Positions 1-8,595 are shown, counted from the stretch's first letter. The stretch is 32,000 bases of DNA from Candidatus Electrothrix yaqonensis (GCA_047651235.1 CP178758.1:2340001-2372000), one strand, 5' to 3'. The notes: generated by a model not told the origin, from the letters alone. Translations and numbers: made by a program.

Positions 1-360
1 ATCTGACTCCTGTTTGCAAGAAAGAGGGAAAGGATGACAGGTTGCACGGGAGACCCGGACTGCACTTACGAACTGATCGTATCGGTGCTATTATACCACG
101 CGGTGCTCTTGTCGTACAGGCAGACCCGCTGAAAGCCTTTGCCGTCGGCACCTATATCCTTCCTGCCAGCGCAGTTGTTAGGAACGGGAATTAAATAACT
201 GCCGCATTTCGTGGAAGCGATGCCCGTCATCATGTGCATCTCGATCAGGCAAACGTACCAGTTATTAAATCCTCATTCCTTAATCCAATAATATCCTGGT
301 GAAACAGCCGAAGTTTTCATTTGTCTCCATCCCCGATGGAAATCAGCAGCCGCTGATACC

Positions 361-699
361 TCAACCTCTTTTTGCCGGGGCAGCCTGCTTCTCTTCTGCC
401 GGAGGAATGGCGAGAATATATCCGCGATGCACCTTGGTCCTGACATTATTCGCGATTTCCAGGGTCACCGTACTGTCGGTCAAGCCGGTTATCTGACCGT
501 GAATGCCTCCTCCGGTCATCACCTTGTCGCCTTTTTTCAGATTGCTGAGAAAATCCTGCTGTTCCTTGGCCTTTTTCTGCTGGGGCCGGATAAGCAGAAA
601 ATAGAACACAATAAAAATTAGGATAAGCGGAATAAACGAGGCAATACCTCCGGCTGCCGGTGAACCGGCGGCTCCCTGTGCATAAGCGATTCCAGTCAT
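361..699 (-). CDS. yajC: Preprotein translocase subunit YajC
   Basis: 112-aa ORF. It has an N-terminal TM segment (FIPLILIFIVFYFLLIRPQQKK) followed by LKKGDKVMTGGGIHGQI..V.LEIA, the typical YajC layout. ATG start at 699. Confidence 0.9.
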   Translation of the reverse strand: MTGIAYAQGAAGSPAAGGIASFIPLILIFIVFYFLLIRPQQKKAKEQQDFLSNLKKGDKVMTGGGIHGQITGLTDSTVTLEIANNVRTKVHRGYILAIPPAEEKQAAPAKRG

Positions 700-745
700 T
701 TGTATCTCCTTAGGAATATTAACAAAACGTCTTGTTGGCGGTTAA

Positions 746-1339
746 TTATTTTTTTGGTAATGCATACGAAACTTTTTCCTGCTGATCCACAGAAATATAC
801 TTCATTTTCTGCAGTTTTCCTATAATTGATGTCAACTCTTGACCACTCAGCTTGTTTGTGAACAGCGAGTTGATGGTGTTGGAGAGCGTTGCAAGTTTTC
901 TCGGTTTTGACTGACCTCTTCCTGCCAGGTTCTGGACAATGGCCTGTATTTTTCATCAGGGTCAGTTATATTGGAAAGGCGCAGAAGCGGTATTTCAGCC
1001 AAATCGGTTACCCGTCCGGCTTTAATCTTTCTGCTCCGCAAATGCTGTATAAGCGGATCAAATCCTGTATCTCTGGAGATCACATGAAAATAGCCCTGAG
1101 TATCCTGCGAGGATAACTGACCTATATAACGCAATATGGAAATCCAGCGCATTCGGGCCGTTGCCTGCTATTTTGACGTACTTTGCGTTGTTCCCGAATT
1201 TTTGCAGAGCATTTGCGGTTTCAAAAGGAACTTTTGTCTGCCTTTCCCCGACAAAGACAAAAATCTGAAAAGGATGCTTTACCAGCACGTCTACGTTTTT
1301 AGGTTGAACATTTTCAAAATCAATGAAAATATAGTTCAT
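746..1339 (-). pseudogene. PIN/NYN-like nuclease-domain protein, disrupted by two frameshifts
   Basis: Three minus-strand frames join into one coherent protein of about 197 aa. Segment 1 is MNYIFIDFENVQPKN...NGPNALDFHIA, with a frame break near 1128-1129. Segment 2 is YIGQLSSQDTQGYFHVISRDTGFDPLIQHLRSRKIKAGRV...DPDEK, with a frame break at the T5 run 949-953. Segment 3 is IQAIVQNLAGRGQSKPRKLATLSNTINSLFTNKLSGQELTSIIGKLQKMKYISVDQQEKVSYALPKK, with its stop at 746-748. The family name comes from the motif layout only (acidic IDFENV start, ISRDTGF). Confidence 0.6.
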
Positions 1340-1466
1340 CGGAGGCAAGTGGACATCTCCCGCTACGATTGACTTTCCCGCTGTGCATAAAGATTCCGGC
1401 AAGACTTCATCAAAGGGCCGCTGAGCCTTTCGATAACGACGGTTTTTTATAACAACTCTACCCTGT

Positions 1467-1492
1467 GAAGTAAAGAGCAGAAGTAAAGAGCA
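1467..1492. repeat. Perfect 13-bp tandem duplication (gaagtaaagagca x2)
   Basis: Read directly. Copy 1 is 1467-1479 and copy 2 is 1480-1492. It lies in the roughly 400-bp non-coding spacer between the PIN-like pseudogene and pal. Confidence 0.9.
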
Positions 1493-1759
1493 TTCCATTG
1501 CGGACCGCATGATGCAGTCGCCGAACAACTCGAACAACGTTCTGGAAAGCAACGTATGCGGACTTTGCAGAACAGAAGGAACAGCAGCTGTTCTCCGCTG
1601 ATCCTCTGAAGGCGCAGTAATCCAGGGCCCGCTGAACCGTATAATTTTCTTGACGTTCCGGCCAGAAAGAATGTAGACTATTGCAGACAAATAAATAGTT
1701 CTGTTTTCCTGTATCCTGCAATTATTACAAAATAATTTATCTTGCTGAGGACTTTTTTC

Positions 1760-2509
1760 ATGAATGTCATGAATACTTTCATGCCCCGTATGCTGTTTTT
1801 TGCCTGCTTGGCCCTTTCTCTCGTTCTCACCGGATGCGGTTCGAAAGAGTTAGAACCCTATCAGTCGCCAACTGCGCCTGACGGTACCCGCACAACAACC
1901 AAGACAACCACGACAAAAACACGTCCGGGTTATGCCTCTTTTGTCGATGGCGACGGTAATCTCGGTAACATTCTGGAAGAAACTGTTGATGGAAATAAAA
2001 CAGGAGAGGAAGATTCAATATTTGATGATCTGCCCGGGACCGGGACACTGGCGGACAGCAATACGCCCGTTGTTGAAAGCCTTGATGCAGGTAGCGGAAC
2101 AGGAGATCAGCTACTCGGTTTCGACAAAAGAATAGAAGATAAGAGCGATGCCTATAAGCGGGAACATGGCCGATCCTCCAGACAGATGCAACCTGTGTAT
2201 TTTGATTTTGACAAGTCCACTATCCGTGCCGATCAGATTTCGCATATAGAGCATAATGCCGATTATCTGAAAAGCAATATGGCTGGCAAGGTGCTTATTG
2301 AAGGAAACTGCGATGAGTTCGGAACCAACGAATACAATCTGGCACTGGGAGAACGGAGGGCGATGAGTGCAAAAAAATACCTGATCAAGCTCGGTGTTGC
2401 TGGCTCCAGAATCAGAACTGTGTCCTATGGTGAGGAACGTCCTTTATTTATCGGTTCCGAAGAGTCTGATTATGCCTACAACCGGAGAGCTGATTTTGTT
2501 CTGGAATAG
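1760..2509 (+). CDS. pal: Peptidoglycan-associated lipoprotein (Pal, OmpA-like C-terminal domain)
   Basis: Lipobox LVLTGC. A Thr/Gly-rich linker follows. The OmpA-like domain reads VYFDFDKSTIR...NCDEFGTNEYNLALGERRA...YGEERP...NRRADFVLE. The start is ambiguous among TTG 1742, ATG 1760 (GAGG 9 nt upstream), 1769 and 1781. Confidence 0.88.
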   Translation: MNVMNTFMPRMLFFACLALSLVLTGCGSKELEPYQSPTAPDGTRTTTKTTTTKTRPGYASFVDGDGNLGNILEETVDGNKTGEEDSIFDDLPGTGTLADSNTPVVESLDAGSGTGDQLLGFDKRIEDKSDAYKREHGRSSRQMQPVYFDFDKSTIRADQISHIEHNADYLKSNMAGKVLIEGNCDEFGTNEYNLALGERRAMSAKKYLIKLGVAGSRIRTVSYGEERPLFIGSEESDYAYNRRADFVLE

Positions 2510-2557
2510 AACAGACTCATTGCCTGCTGCCTGATTCAGGTTTCAGGTCAGGCCGAC

Positions 2558-2589
2558 AGCCGGACAGCGCCTATGCTGCCCGGCTTTTT
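2558..2589 (+). terminator. Probable intrinsic terminator after pal
   Basis: Outer stem is agccgg (2558-2563) paired with ccggct (2580-2585), with an inner cagc/gctg pairing. It is followed by tttt at 2586-2589. Confidence 0.5.
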
Positions 2590-2715
2590 ATGTCTGAAAG
2601 GTTCTGTTTCTGCCTGTTGCTCCCCTGTTTTTTACTCGACATCCGGCATCTGTTCCGCTACATTGCCGTCTGCCGGAACGTATCAGAGCTTCCTTCCTGC
2701 TGAACAAACAAAATT

Positions 2716-3228
2716 GTGAAAGTGAATCCTCGGCGTGCAGGCCGATATTATTATCTCCGTTTACTCCGCCTTCAGGGAACCCCCTATTCTCTGGCTATGG
2801 GCACGGCCCTCGGCGCCGCCATTGCCGTCACCCCCACCCTGCCTCTGCATACCGTCTGTATCATCGGGCTTACGCTGCTGCTGCGGGTGAATACAATCGC
2901 CGCCTTGATGGCCGGAACCGTGGTCAGCAATCCCTTCACCTTTGCGGGCCAGTATTATCTGTCCTGGAAGATCGGCTGTATACTCCTGCCGGGCAGACTG
3001 CATGCAAACCAGGACCAGCTGCATGAGCTGTTGCACCTGATCAGAGATGCCTCGTTTCTTGATGGGATTAAAATAATGGGGCAAATGGGTGCTGATGCCA
3101 TGCTGGTGCTGCAGACCGGCGGTCTTGTGCTGGCTGTTCCCCTCGGCATTCTCACCTACTTGGTTGCTATCCGTTTTTTTGCCAGCCTGCAGAAAAAAAA
3201 GCAGCGGAAACACCTGCTGAATAAATAA
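2716..3228 (+). CDS. DUF2062-family membrane protein
   Basis: The N-terminus LRLLRLQGTPYSLAMGTALGAAIAVTPTLPLHTV and the following TM segments match the remembered DUF2062 layout. GTG start. Confidence 0.65.
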   Translation: MKVNPRRAGRYYYLRLLRLQGTPYSLAMGTALGAAIAVTPTLPLHTVCIIGLTLLLRVNTIAALMAGTVVSNPFTFAGQYYLSWKIGCILLPGRLHANQDQLHELLHLIRDASFLDGIKIMGQMGADAMLVLQTGGLVLAVPLGILTYLVAIRFFASLQKKKQRKHLLNK

Positions 3229-3237
3229 GCTCCGTTC

Positions 3238-4194
3238 TTATCCTGCGGCTGCCGCCAGGACCAGATTGCGCAGCCCGCTGATGAACTGCGGATTATCGTT
3301 CAGCCCCTTGGTTGATTCAAGCCGCATTCCCATCCCATCAGCCTGCTCCTTATACAGCATGTCGATTTCGTACAGGGTCTCGATATGATCGGAGACAAAG
3401 GCGATGGGGACCATCAGAATATTTTTGCATCCTTCCTGCGCAAGCTGTTCCAGCATATCCGGCGTGGAGGGTTCCAGCCACTCCACCGGCCCGCTGCGGC
3501 TCTGAAAGCAGAGTCTGCCCTGTCGGCCGAGCTGTTGTTCCAGGGCTGCAATGGTGATCCTGAGTTCTTCCACATAGGGATCGCCCTGTTCAATAAATTT
3601 TTTCGGCAGGCTGTGAGCACTGTACACCAGCTGCACCGGCTCGTCCGCATCGAACAGGGCCAGCCCTTCCCGGATGCGGGCTGCCAGCGCATTAATGTAC
3701 TTCGGTTCGGCAGGCCAAGAGCGGATCTCCCGAAGAGGCAGGTTGTAACCGGGCCGTCTGTTCTGTTGTCTGAGATCATGCAGCGAGGAGCCGGTGGTAG
3801 CCCGGCAGTAATGCGGGTACAGGGGCAACGCAATGAGTTCAGTCACTCCGGCATCGACCATCTCCTGAAGCACGGCGTCGGCAAAAGGGTGCCAGTAGCG
3901 CATGCAGGAGCGCACCATAAATTCGCCGTGAGCAGCCAGGGATTGCTCCAATGCTTGGGCTTGGGCGGCGGTTATGCGGGCAAGCGGGGAGCCGCCGCCG
4001 ATTTTCCGGTAATTTTCTCTGCTCACCGGGGCACGCCGGAAGGCGATCATCGCCGCAATCGGCTTCTGCAGCAGGGCAGGGCCGAGGCGGATAATCTGCC
4101 GGTCGGAAAACAGATTGTACAGGAAAGGCCGTACATCTTCGAGTTTTTCCGGACCACCCATATTAAGTAGCAATACCCCGATTTTTCGTTCCAT
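3238..4194 (-). CDS. hemH: Ferrochelatase
   Basis: IGVLLLNMGGPEKLEDVRPFLYNLFSD..II, YRKIGGGSPL, YPHYC..TTGSS and VPIAFVSDHIETLYEID are classic HemH blocks. The start is chosen at the MERKIG ATG (4194) rather than the ORF-track start at 4266. Confidence 0.9.
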   Translation of the reverse strand: MERKIGVLLLNMGGPEKLEDVRPFLYNLFSDRQIIRLGPALLQKPIAAMIAFRRAPVSRENYRKIGGGSPLARITAAQAQALEQSLAAHGEFMVRSCMRYWHPFADAVLQEMVDAGVTELIALPLYPHYCRATTGSSLHDLRQQNRRPGYNLPLREIRSWPAEPKYINALAARIREGLALFDADEPVQLVYSAHSLPKKFIEQGDPYVEELRITIAALEQQLGRQGRLCFQSRSGPVEWLEPSTPDMLEQLAQEGCKNILMVPIAFVSDHIETLYEIDMLYKEQADGMGMRLESTKGLNDNPQFISGLRNLVLAAAAG

Positions 4195-4558
4195 TTGTTT
4201 TGTTCTGCTGAGATTACCGGATCGTCGGATCAGGACAGCGTACCCGGCATACACGGATTTCGTCAAGGAAATGTCGTTTCCCTCTTGTCTATTTCCAGAT
4301 CAATGTCTATAGTAAAAATATGAGAAGGTTATATTCTACGTTCACCCTCCTGATTCTTTCCCGGCAGCACTCCTCTGATTTTTTCCGGCACCTTCCTTAC
4401 CGCTTGCAATACATTCTGCTGTTGAGTATCGTGCCGGATTACGGTGTCCGATGCTGTCGGATATGTCCGGACGGCGGGTGATCACTATAACCTTTGACGA
4501 TAAGGCAGCGGCATAGGGCTGCTGGCGCCACAAATATTATGGACATTGTGGAGGACAT

Positions 4559-5098
4559 ATGGATTTAAAAGTTGAAGCCAGAAATCTGGAGATGCGCAAC
4601 GGCTGGCAGGAAAAAATAGAGGAAGAACGGGAAAAACTTATCCGTCATTACGCAAACCTTGTTCTTCACCTCCGCGTCACGATTGCAGCCACGCCCGGGT
4701 ACAAAGAGGGAGGATACGAGATCAGTCTGGTGGCATCGGTGCCGAACGATACCGTTGTGGTTAAACGATGGGGAGAAAAAGTACATCCCCTGCTGGTGGA
4801 AAGCTTTGATGTCCTCGGTCTGCAGCTGAAAGATATTGTCCGCAAAAAACAGGATCACAAACATCAGGTCAGCATGAAAAACCAGGGAGGCATTCCGGGC
4901 GGTGACGCCAGAGGGACAATCCAACGCATATTTTCTGAATACGGTTTTATCATGACCCATGATAATCAGGAAGTCTTTTTTCATGCGAAATCCCTGAAAG
5001 ATGTCTCCATGGACGACCTTGAAGAAGGCGTTCCGGTCAGTCTTGCCCTTGAGGAGGGAGACAAGGGCCTGCAGGCCGTCTGGGTGAAAGCGGCCTGA
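4559..5098 (+). CDS. HPF/RaiA (S30AE)-like domain fused to a C-terminal cold-shock (CSD/OB) domain
   Basis: The N-terminus MDLKVEARNLEM..GWQEKIEEEREKLIRHY...LHLRVTI resembles the HPF/YfiA fold. The C-terminus (aa 118-177, nt 4910-5089) reads GTIQRIFSEYGFIMTHDNQEVFFHAKSL....LEEGVPVSLALEEGDKGLQAVWV. This matches the CSD pattern with RNP1-like YGFI and RNP2-like VFFH. A GGAGG Shine-Dalgarno (SD) sequence precedes the ATG. Confidence 0.7.
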   Translation: MDLKVEARNLEMRNGWQEKIEEEREKLIRHYANLVLHLRVTIAATPGYKEGGYEISLVASVPNDTVVVKRWGEKVHPLLVESFDVLGLQLKDIVRKKQDHKHQVSMKNQGGIPGGDARGTIQRIFSEYGFIMTHDNQEVFFHAKSLKDVSMDDLEEGVPVSLALEEGDKGLQAVWVKAA

Positions 5099-5299
5099 AC
5101 TCTGACTGGGTTCCGCTGCAGCAGCACTATAAATGCAAATTAGGGGTTGAAATCTACAACATAAAATCAGATAGATAGAGCTGCGAAATTCTGTAGAACC
5201 GGAACGGCCTTTCTGTAACTATCTGTTTTTAGTGGGACCGGATAATCCAACTCCTAATTCGCACTATAAGAAGTTAAGAAGTAAAATTACAGGAACAAG

Positions 5300-5329
5300 C
5301 CTCTGCCCGGACCGGCAGGGGCTTTTTTT
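5300..5329 (+). terminator. Strong intrinsic terminator
   Basis: Stem cctctgcc (5300-5307) pairs with ggcagggg (5314-5321), giving 8 bp with one G-U pair and a 6-nt loop. It is followed by c plus T7 (5323-5329). It lies about 200 nt after the stop of the HPF-CSD gene and about 110 nt before nadA. Confidence 0.7.
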
Positions 5330-5369
5330 ATTGTCTTGAGCAGAAAAAACTGGTTTGATGGAGAATTTA

Positions 5370-5384
5370 TCCAGACAGTCTGGA
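5370..5384. promoter_or_regulatory. 15-bp perfect palindrome tccagac-a-gtctgga upstream of nadA (candidate operator)
   Basis: Read directly. It lies 56 bp upstream of the nadA ATG and downstream of the 5300-5329 terminator. Confidence 0.35.
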
Positions 5385-5439
5385 CAAAAAGCCTCACGCA
5401 GCGGTGCAAATACAACCACCAGAAAGGAGCCGGTCAGCC

Positions 5440-6537
5440 ATGTCATTCGTCCGCCAGGCAGATATAGGAGCAATATATCAGGAGATGGACCAGGAGGAAA
5501 TCCTTGAACGGATCGCGGCCCGGAAAAAACAGCTGGCAGGCGATCTGCTTCTCCTCAGTCATCATTACCAGCATGATGCTCTGTACCAGTTTGCCGACCT
5601 CACCGGTGACTCGCTCAAGCTGGCTGCCGAGGCTGCGAGAATTAAGGATAAACAGTTTCTGGTGTTCTGCGGGGTGCATTTTATGGCAGAGGCTGCAGAC
5701 ATCCTGTCTGCTGAGCACCAGCAGGTTATCCTGCCGCACCTTGATGCCGGCTGTCCTATGGCGGAGATGTCGACCGCACCTGCTGTGCAGGCTGCATGGA
5801 CGGAACTGAGCTCCATATCCGGAATACCGGAGGAGGAAATCACCCCGATCACCTATGTCAACTCGTCCGCTGCCGTAAAAAGTTTTGTTGGAGAAAAAGG
5901 GGGGGCCTCCTGTACTTCTTCCAACGCGGAACGGGTGCTGGAATGGGCCCTGAACAGAGGACGGATGGTCTTTTTCTTTCCTGACCAGCATCTCGGACGC
6001 AACGCCTCCTATGCTCTCGGTCTGCCCGAAGAACAGGTGGTGCTCTGGCGGCGTGGCGAACACATGGGCGGCTGCACCCGTGAGGAGCTGAAACATGCCA
6101 AGGTGGTGCTCTGGGACGGATACTGCGAGGTCCATATGCGCAGTTTTCCTGAGCACGTCCGTTACTGGCGGGCCAGAAAACCGGGGGCGACCGTGATCGT
6201 GCATCCGGAGTGCAGAAACGAGGTTGTCCGGCTGGCCGATATGTCCGGGTCCACGGAAACAATTATTTTTGCTGTGGAATCCGGCAAACCGGACAGCCAA
6301 TGGGTGGTCGGTACGGAAGTGAATCTTGTCAAACGCCTGGCCCGTCTGCATCCTGACAAGGCTGTGCATTCTCTGACCCCGGGCTGCCTCTGTCCGACCA
6401 TGTCCGCTGTCAGCCCGGCCAATCTGCTCTGGGTTCTGGATAATCTGGCCGACGGCAGAGTGGTCAACCGGGTACAGGTTACCGGAGCCATAGCTGAACA
6501 GGCTGCAAAATGCCTAGACAGAATGCTGTCCATCTGA
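5440..6537 (+). CDS. nadA: Quinolinate synthase
   Basis: LLSHHYQ...FADLTGDSLKLA....FLVFCGVHFMAEAADIL, VNSSAAVK, FFPDQHLG and HPEC are characteristic of NadA. The ATG at 5440 has an AGGAG SD at 5425-5429. The ORF-track start at 5404 is a GTG with no SD. Confidence 0.9.
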   Translation: MSFVRQADIGAIYQEMDQEEILERIAARKKQLAGDLLLLSHHYQHDALYQFADLTGDSLKLAAEAARIKDKQFLVFCGVHFMAEAADILSAEHQQVILPHLDAGCPMAEMSTAPAVQAAWTELSSISGIPEEEITPITYVNSSAAVKSFVGEKGGASCTSSNAERVLEWALNRGRMVFFFPDQHLGRNASYALGLPEEQVVLWRRGEHMGGCTREELKHAKVVLWDGYCEVHMRSFPEHVRYWRARKPGATVIVHPECRNEVVRLADMSGSTETIIFAVESGKPDSQWVVGTEVNLVKRLARLHPDKAVHSLTPGCLCPTMSAVSPANLLWVLDNLADGRVVNRVQVTGAIAEQAAKCLDRMLSI

Positions 6538-6570
6538 GCAGGGCCGATATCCATACTACGCTACTTTACC

Positions 6571-8547
6571 ATGCAATTTTTTTCTTTTTTTGCCGGACGG
6601 TCCGGTTCACGAACCTCTCTGTACGGCCTTGGTGAAGACTCCGACCAGACGAAGAATGGTCTATGGGCCGGACACTGGCTGGCTCTGTTTCTCTGGGTCG
6701 CTGCTGCAGTTGCAGGGTATTATTTTCTGGTGCTGAACAGCGGCCTGCTGGAAGTGGAGCTGGAAACCGATACCCGGACAGTGTTCAAGGTCTATTGGCC
6801 GAACCGACACGGCAACTTCAGTGAGCGTAATATGGCCGAGCTGATGATGGAGCCGGGAAGAACCCATTATGCGCTGCGGGTGAACAATACGGCAAAGATC
6901 GATTGTCTTCGCCTGGATCCCGGCGAAAAAACAGCGTGGGTCACTATCAAAAAACTGCGCATCCGGCAGTGGGGATATCCGGATTATCAGGTCAGCAGCA
7001 GAAAGGATTTTGAACAGCTTCAGGAGATCAGCGGGGTAGAGTCTTTCACCCGGCATGAACAGGGAGTGACGGTTCAGGTCAACAGCAGAGACCCGCAGCT
7101 GAAACTGAACCTGCCGGTCAGGCAACGACAATTCTCTCCGCTGACAAACAGAACAGAGGCCCTGCGCCTCATCGGCGTTGTCCTGCTGGCGACAGCAGGG
7201 TATTTTTTCTTTCTGCGCTTTTTCAGCAATTCGGATTTTATTCCTGTGCTGGCGGCAGCTGCCCTGACCCTTGCTTTTGTCATGGCCTTTATCAGCGAAT
7301 TCAATACGCATCCGGATGAATATGTGCATGTGGCTGCGGGAAAATATTTTACCGACCATACCCTGCCGCCCAAAATCGACATCAATAACGACGATTCTCC
7401 CATTGCGCATACGTACAGCCGTTATGGTGTTTCACGCCTGCACTCCGTGGAAATTGTCTATCTGCTGGCCGGAAAATATCTCCGCCTTGTTCAGCCGCTG
7501 TACCAGAAGCCTTTTTTTCTGCTGCGTCTGTTCAATGTGCTGCTGTTCGCCTCGCTGATCTTTTTTGCCTTCCACAAAAGAGACTTCCGTTTTTTTCTGC
7601 TCCCTTTTCTGTTTTCGTCGCAGATCTGGTATATTTTCAGTTATTTCAACTCAGATGCCTTTGCCACAGTCATCGGCCTGCTGGCTGCCTACCAGCTTGC
7701 CGGGCAGCGCTCTGCCTGTACAACATTACTGTTTGACGAACAAACCAAACAAACCGGATATACTTGGCTGAAAATTCTGCTGCTGGGATTGCTTTTCGGC
7801 CTGCTGCTGCTGCTGAAGAAAAACTTTTACGCCTTGTACCTCTTCTTTTTCTGTTATTTTATCTGGAAGATATGGGTTCTTCGGCCCGAACTGACAGGGA
7901 AGAGAATATTCCGCTTCTGCGCTATGGTGCTCATCGGCTGTACAGTCTGTGCAGGAGTACGTCTGACAGACGCCAAGGTTAATAATTTCAACAAGCAGAA
8001 TTTACTTTTTAAGGCGCGCCAAAAATATGCGGACAGGTTGTATAACCCAAATACGCCGCTTGACAAACGGCATGCGTATCTGCAGATGCGGGAACGCGGA
8101 AAAACACTGCAGGAGCTGCTGGCAGCAGACCGCTGGGCAGAAAAATCTTTTCGTACCTCTTTCGGGGTGTACGGATATACCCAGTATTCCGGTTCGTTCA
8201 GTTATTACGATTACGTGCGCTATACTGGTCTTGCGCTGCTGCTCACCCTGATTGTTTCTGTTTTCTGCAGAGGAGGGCGTGAGGCAGTTATTCTGCTTGC
8301 TATGTCTACGGGCACGGCGCTGCTGCTGATCGGGGTAGCCTGCTGGCATGCCTGGACAGTGGATTTTCAGGCCCAAGGGCGTTATCTCCTCCCCATTGTG
8401 CCGATGCTGTCCGTGCTGCTCTATCATTGCCGACGCCTTCTGTTCCGACCAGCCTTTTACGGATTATTTTTTGCGCTTTTTTCGCTCTCGGTATATAATT
8501 TTATACTGGTCGGTCTGCGTGATATTGGCAAATATGCTGTCCATTGA
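6571..8547 (+). CDS. Large polytopic membrane protein, putative GT-C-fold glycosyltransferase with an N-terminal periplasmic domain
   Basis: 658 aa. One TM is followed by a soluble segment of about 130 aa (FKVYWPN...YALRVNN..IDCLRLDPGEK..WVTIKKLRI). Ten or more TM segments follow, with an acidic loop motif HPDEYVHVAAGKYF after an early TM, as in GT-C, ArnT or DUF2142-type enzymes. The function is inferred, not proven. Confidence 0.55.
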   Translation: MQFFSFFAGRSGSRTSLYGLGEDSDQTKNGLWAGHWLALFLWVAAAVAGYYFLVLNSGLLEVELETDTRTVFKVYWPNRHGNFSERNMAELMMEPGRTHYALRVNNTAKIDCLRLDPGEKTAWVTIKKLRIRQWGYPDYQVSSRKDFEQLQEISGVESFTRHEQGVTVQVNSRDPQLKLNLPVRQRQFSPLTNRTEALRLIGVVLLATAGYFFFLRFFSNSDFIPVLAAAALTLAFVMAFISEFNTHPDEYVHVAAGKYFTDHTLPPKIDINNDDSPIAHTYSRYGVSRLHSVEIVYLLAGKYLRLVQPLYQKPFFLLRLFNVLLFASLIFFAFHKRDFRFFLLPFLFSSQIWYIFSYFNSDAFATVIGLLAAYQLAGQRSACTTLLFDEQTKQTGYTWLKILLLGLLFGLLLLLKKNFYALYLFFFCYFIWKIWVLRPELTGKRIFRFCAMVLIGCTVCAGVRLTDAKVNNFNKQNLLFKARQKYADRLYNPNTPLDKRHAYLQMRERGKTLQELLAADRWAEKSFRTSFGVYGYTQYSGSFSYYDYVRYTGLALLLTLIVSVFCRGGREAVILLAMSTGTALLLIGVACWHAWTVDFQAQGRYLLPIVPMLSVLLYHCRRLLFRPAFYGLFFALFSLSVYNFILVGLRDIGKYAVH

Positions 8548-8595
8548 AGAATCCGCCAGTACCGCTGGTGTTAATCCTGGAGGTTCTAAAATAAG

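Noticed and set aside
3-239. Two overlapping small or partial ORFs at the window edge. One is a 57-aa four-Cys ORF on the minus strand (66-239, MHMMTGIASTKCGSYLIPVPNNCAG...). The other is a start-less plus-strand frame (3-197, ...RIGAIIPRGALVVQADPLKAFAVGTYILPASAVVRNGN).
   Set aside because: Neither has a recognisable family, an SD or a full length, and they exclude each other. The expected secDF genes downstream of yajC are not there, but I cannot say what replaces them.
1340-1690. A 117-codon upstream extension of ORF 1058-1690(-), ahead of the MNYIFIDFENV start.
   Set aside because: The extension has no recognisable motif, is rich in Arg/Ser/Leu, and the conserved domain starts exactly at the internal ATG (1339). 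I treat it as non-coding spacer.
3385-4170. Long antisense shadow ORFs opposite well-supported genes. Examples are 3385-4170(+) opposite hemH, 5443-6369(-) opposite nadA, 6661-7410(-), 12973-13647(-) opposite argB, 17088-17726(-), 21915-22463(-), 23352-23969(-) and 28132-29382(+) opposite the adaptor.
   Set aside because: Each overlaps a gene with clear family motifs on the other strand. Their translations are Arg/Gly/Pro-rich low-complexity sequence, as is typical of antisense frames in GC-rich coding DNA.
4380-4410. GGCAC...TTGCA resembling a sigma-54 (-24/-12) promoter in the hemH/hpf divergent region.
   Set aside because: The GG-to-GC spacing is about 17 nt rather than the required 10, so it does not fit the sigma-54 consensus.
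5099-5439. Possibility that the nadA leader is a known NAD+ riboswitch (nadA or pnuC motif).
   Set aside because: I cannot align the sequence to either consensus from memory, and those classes are known from other phyla. I kept it only as a generic structured-leader or sRNA hypothesis.
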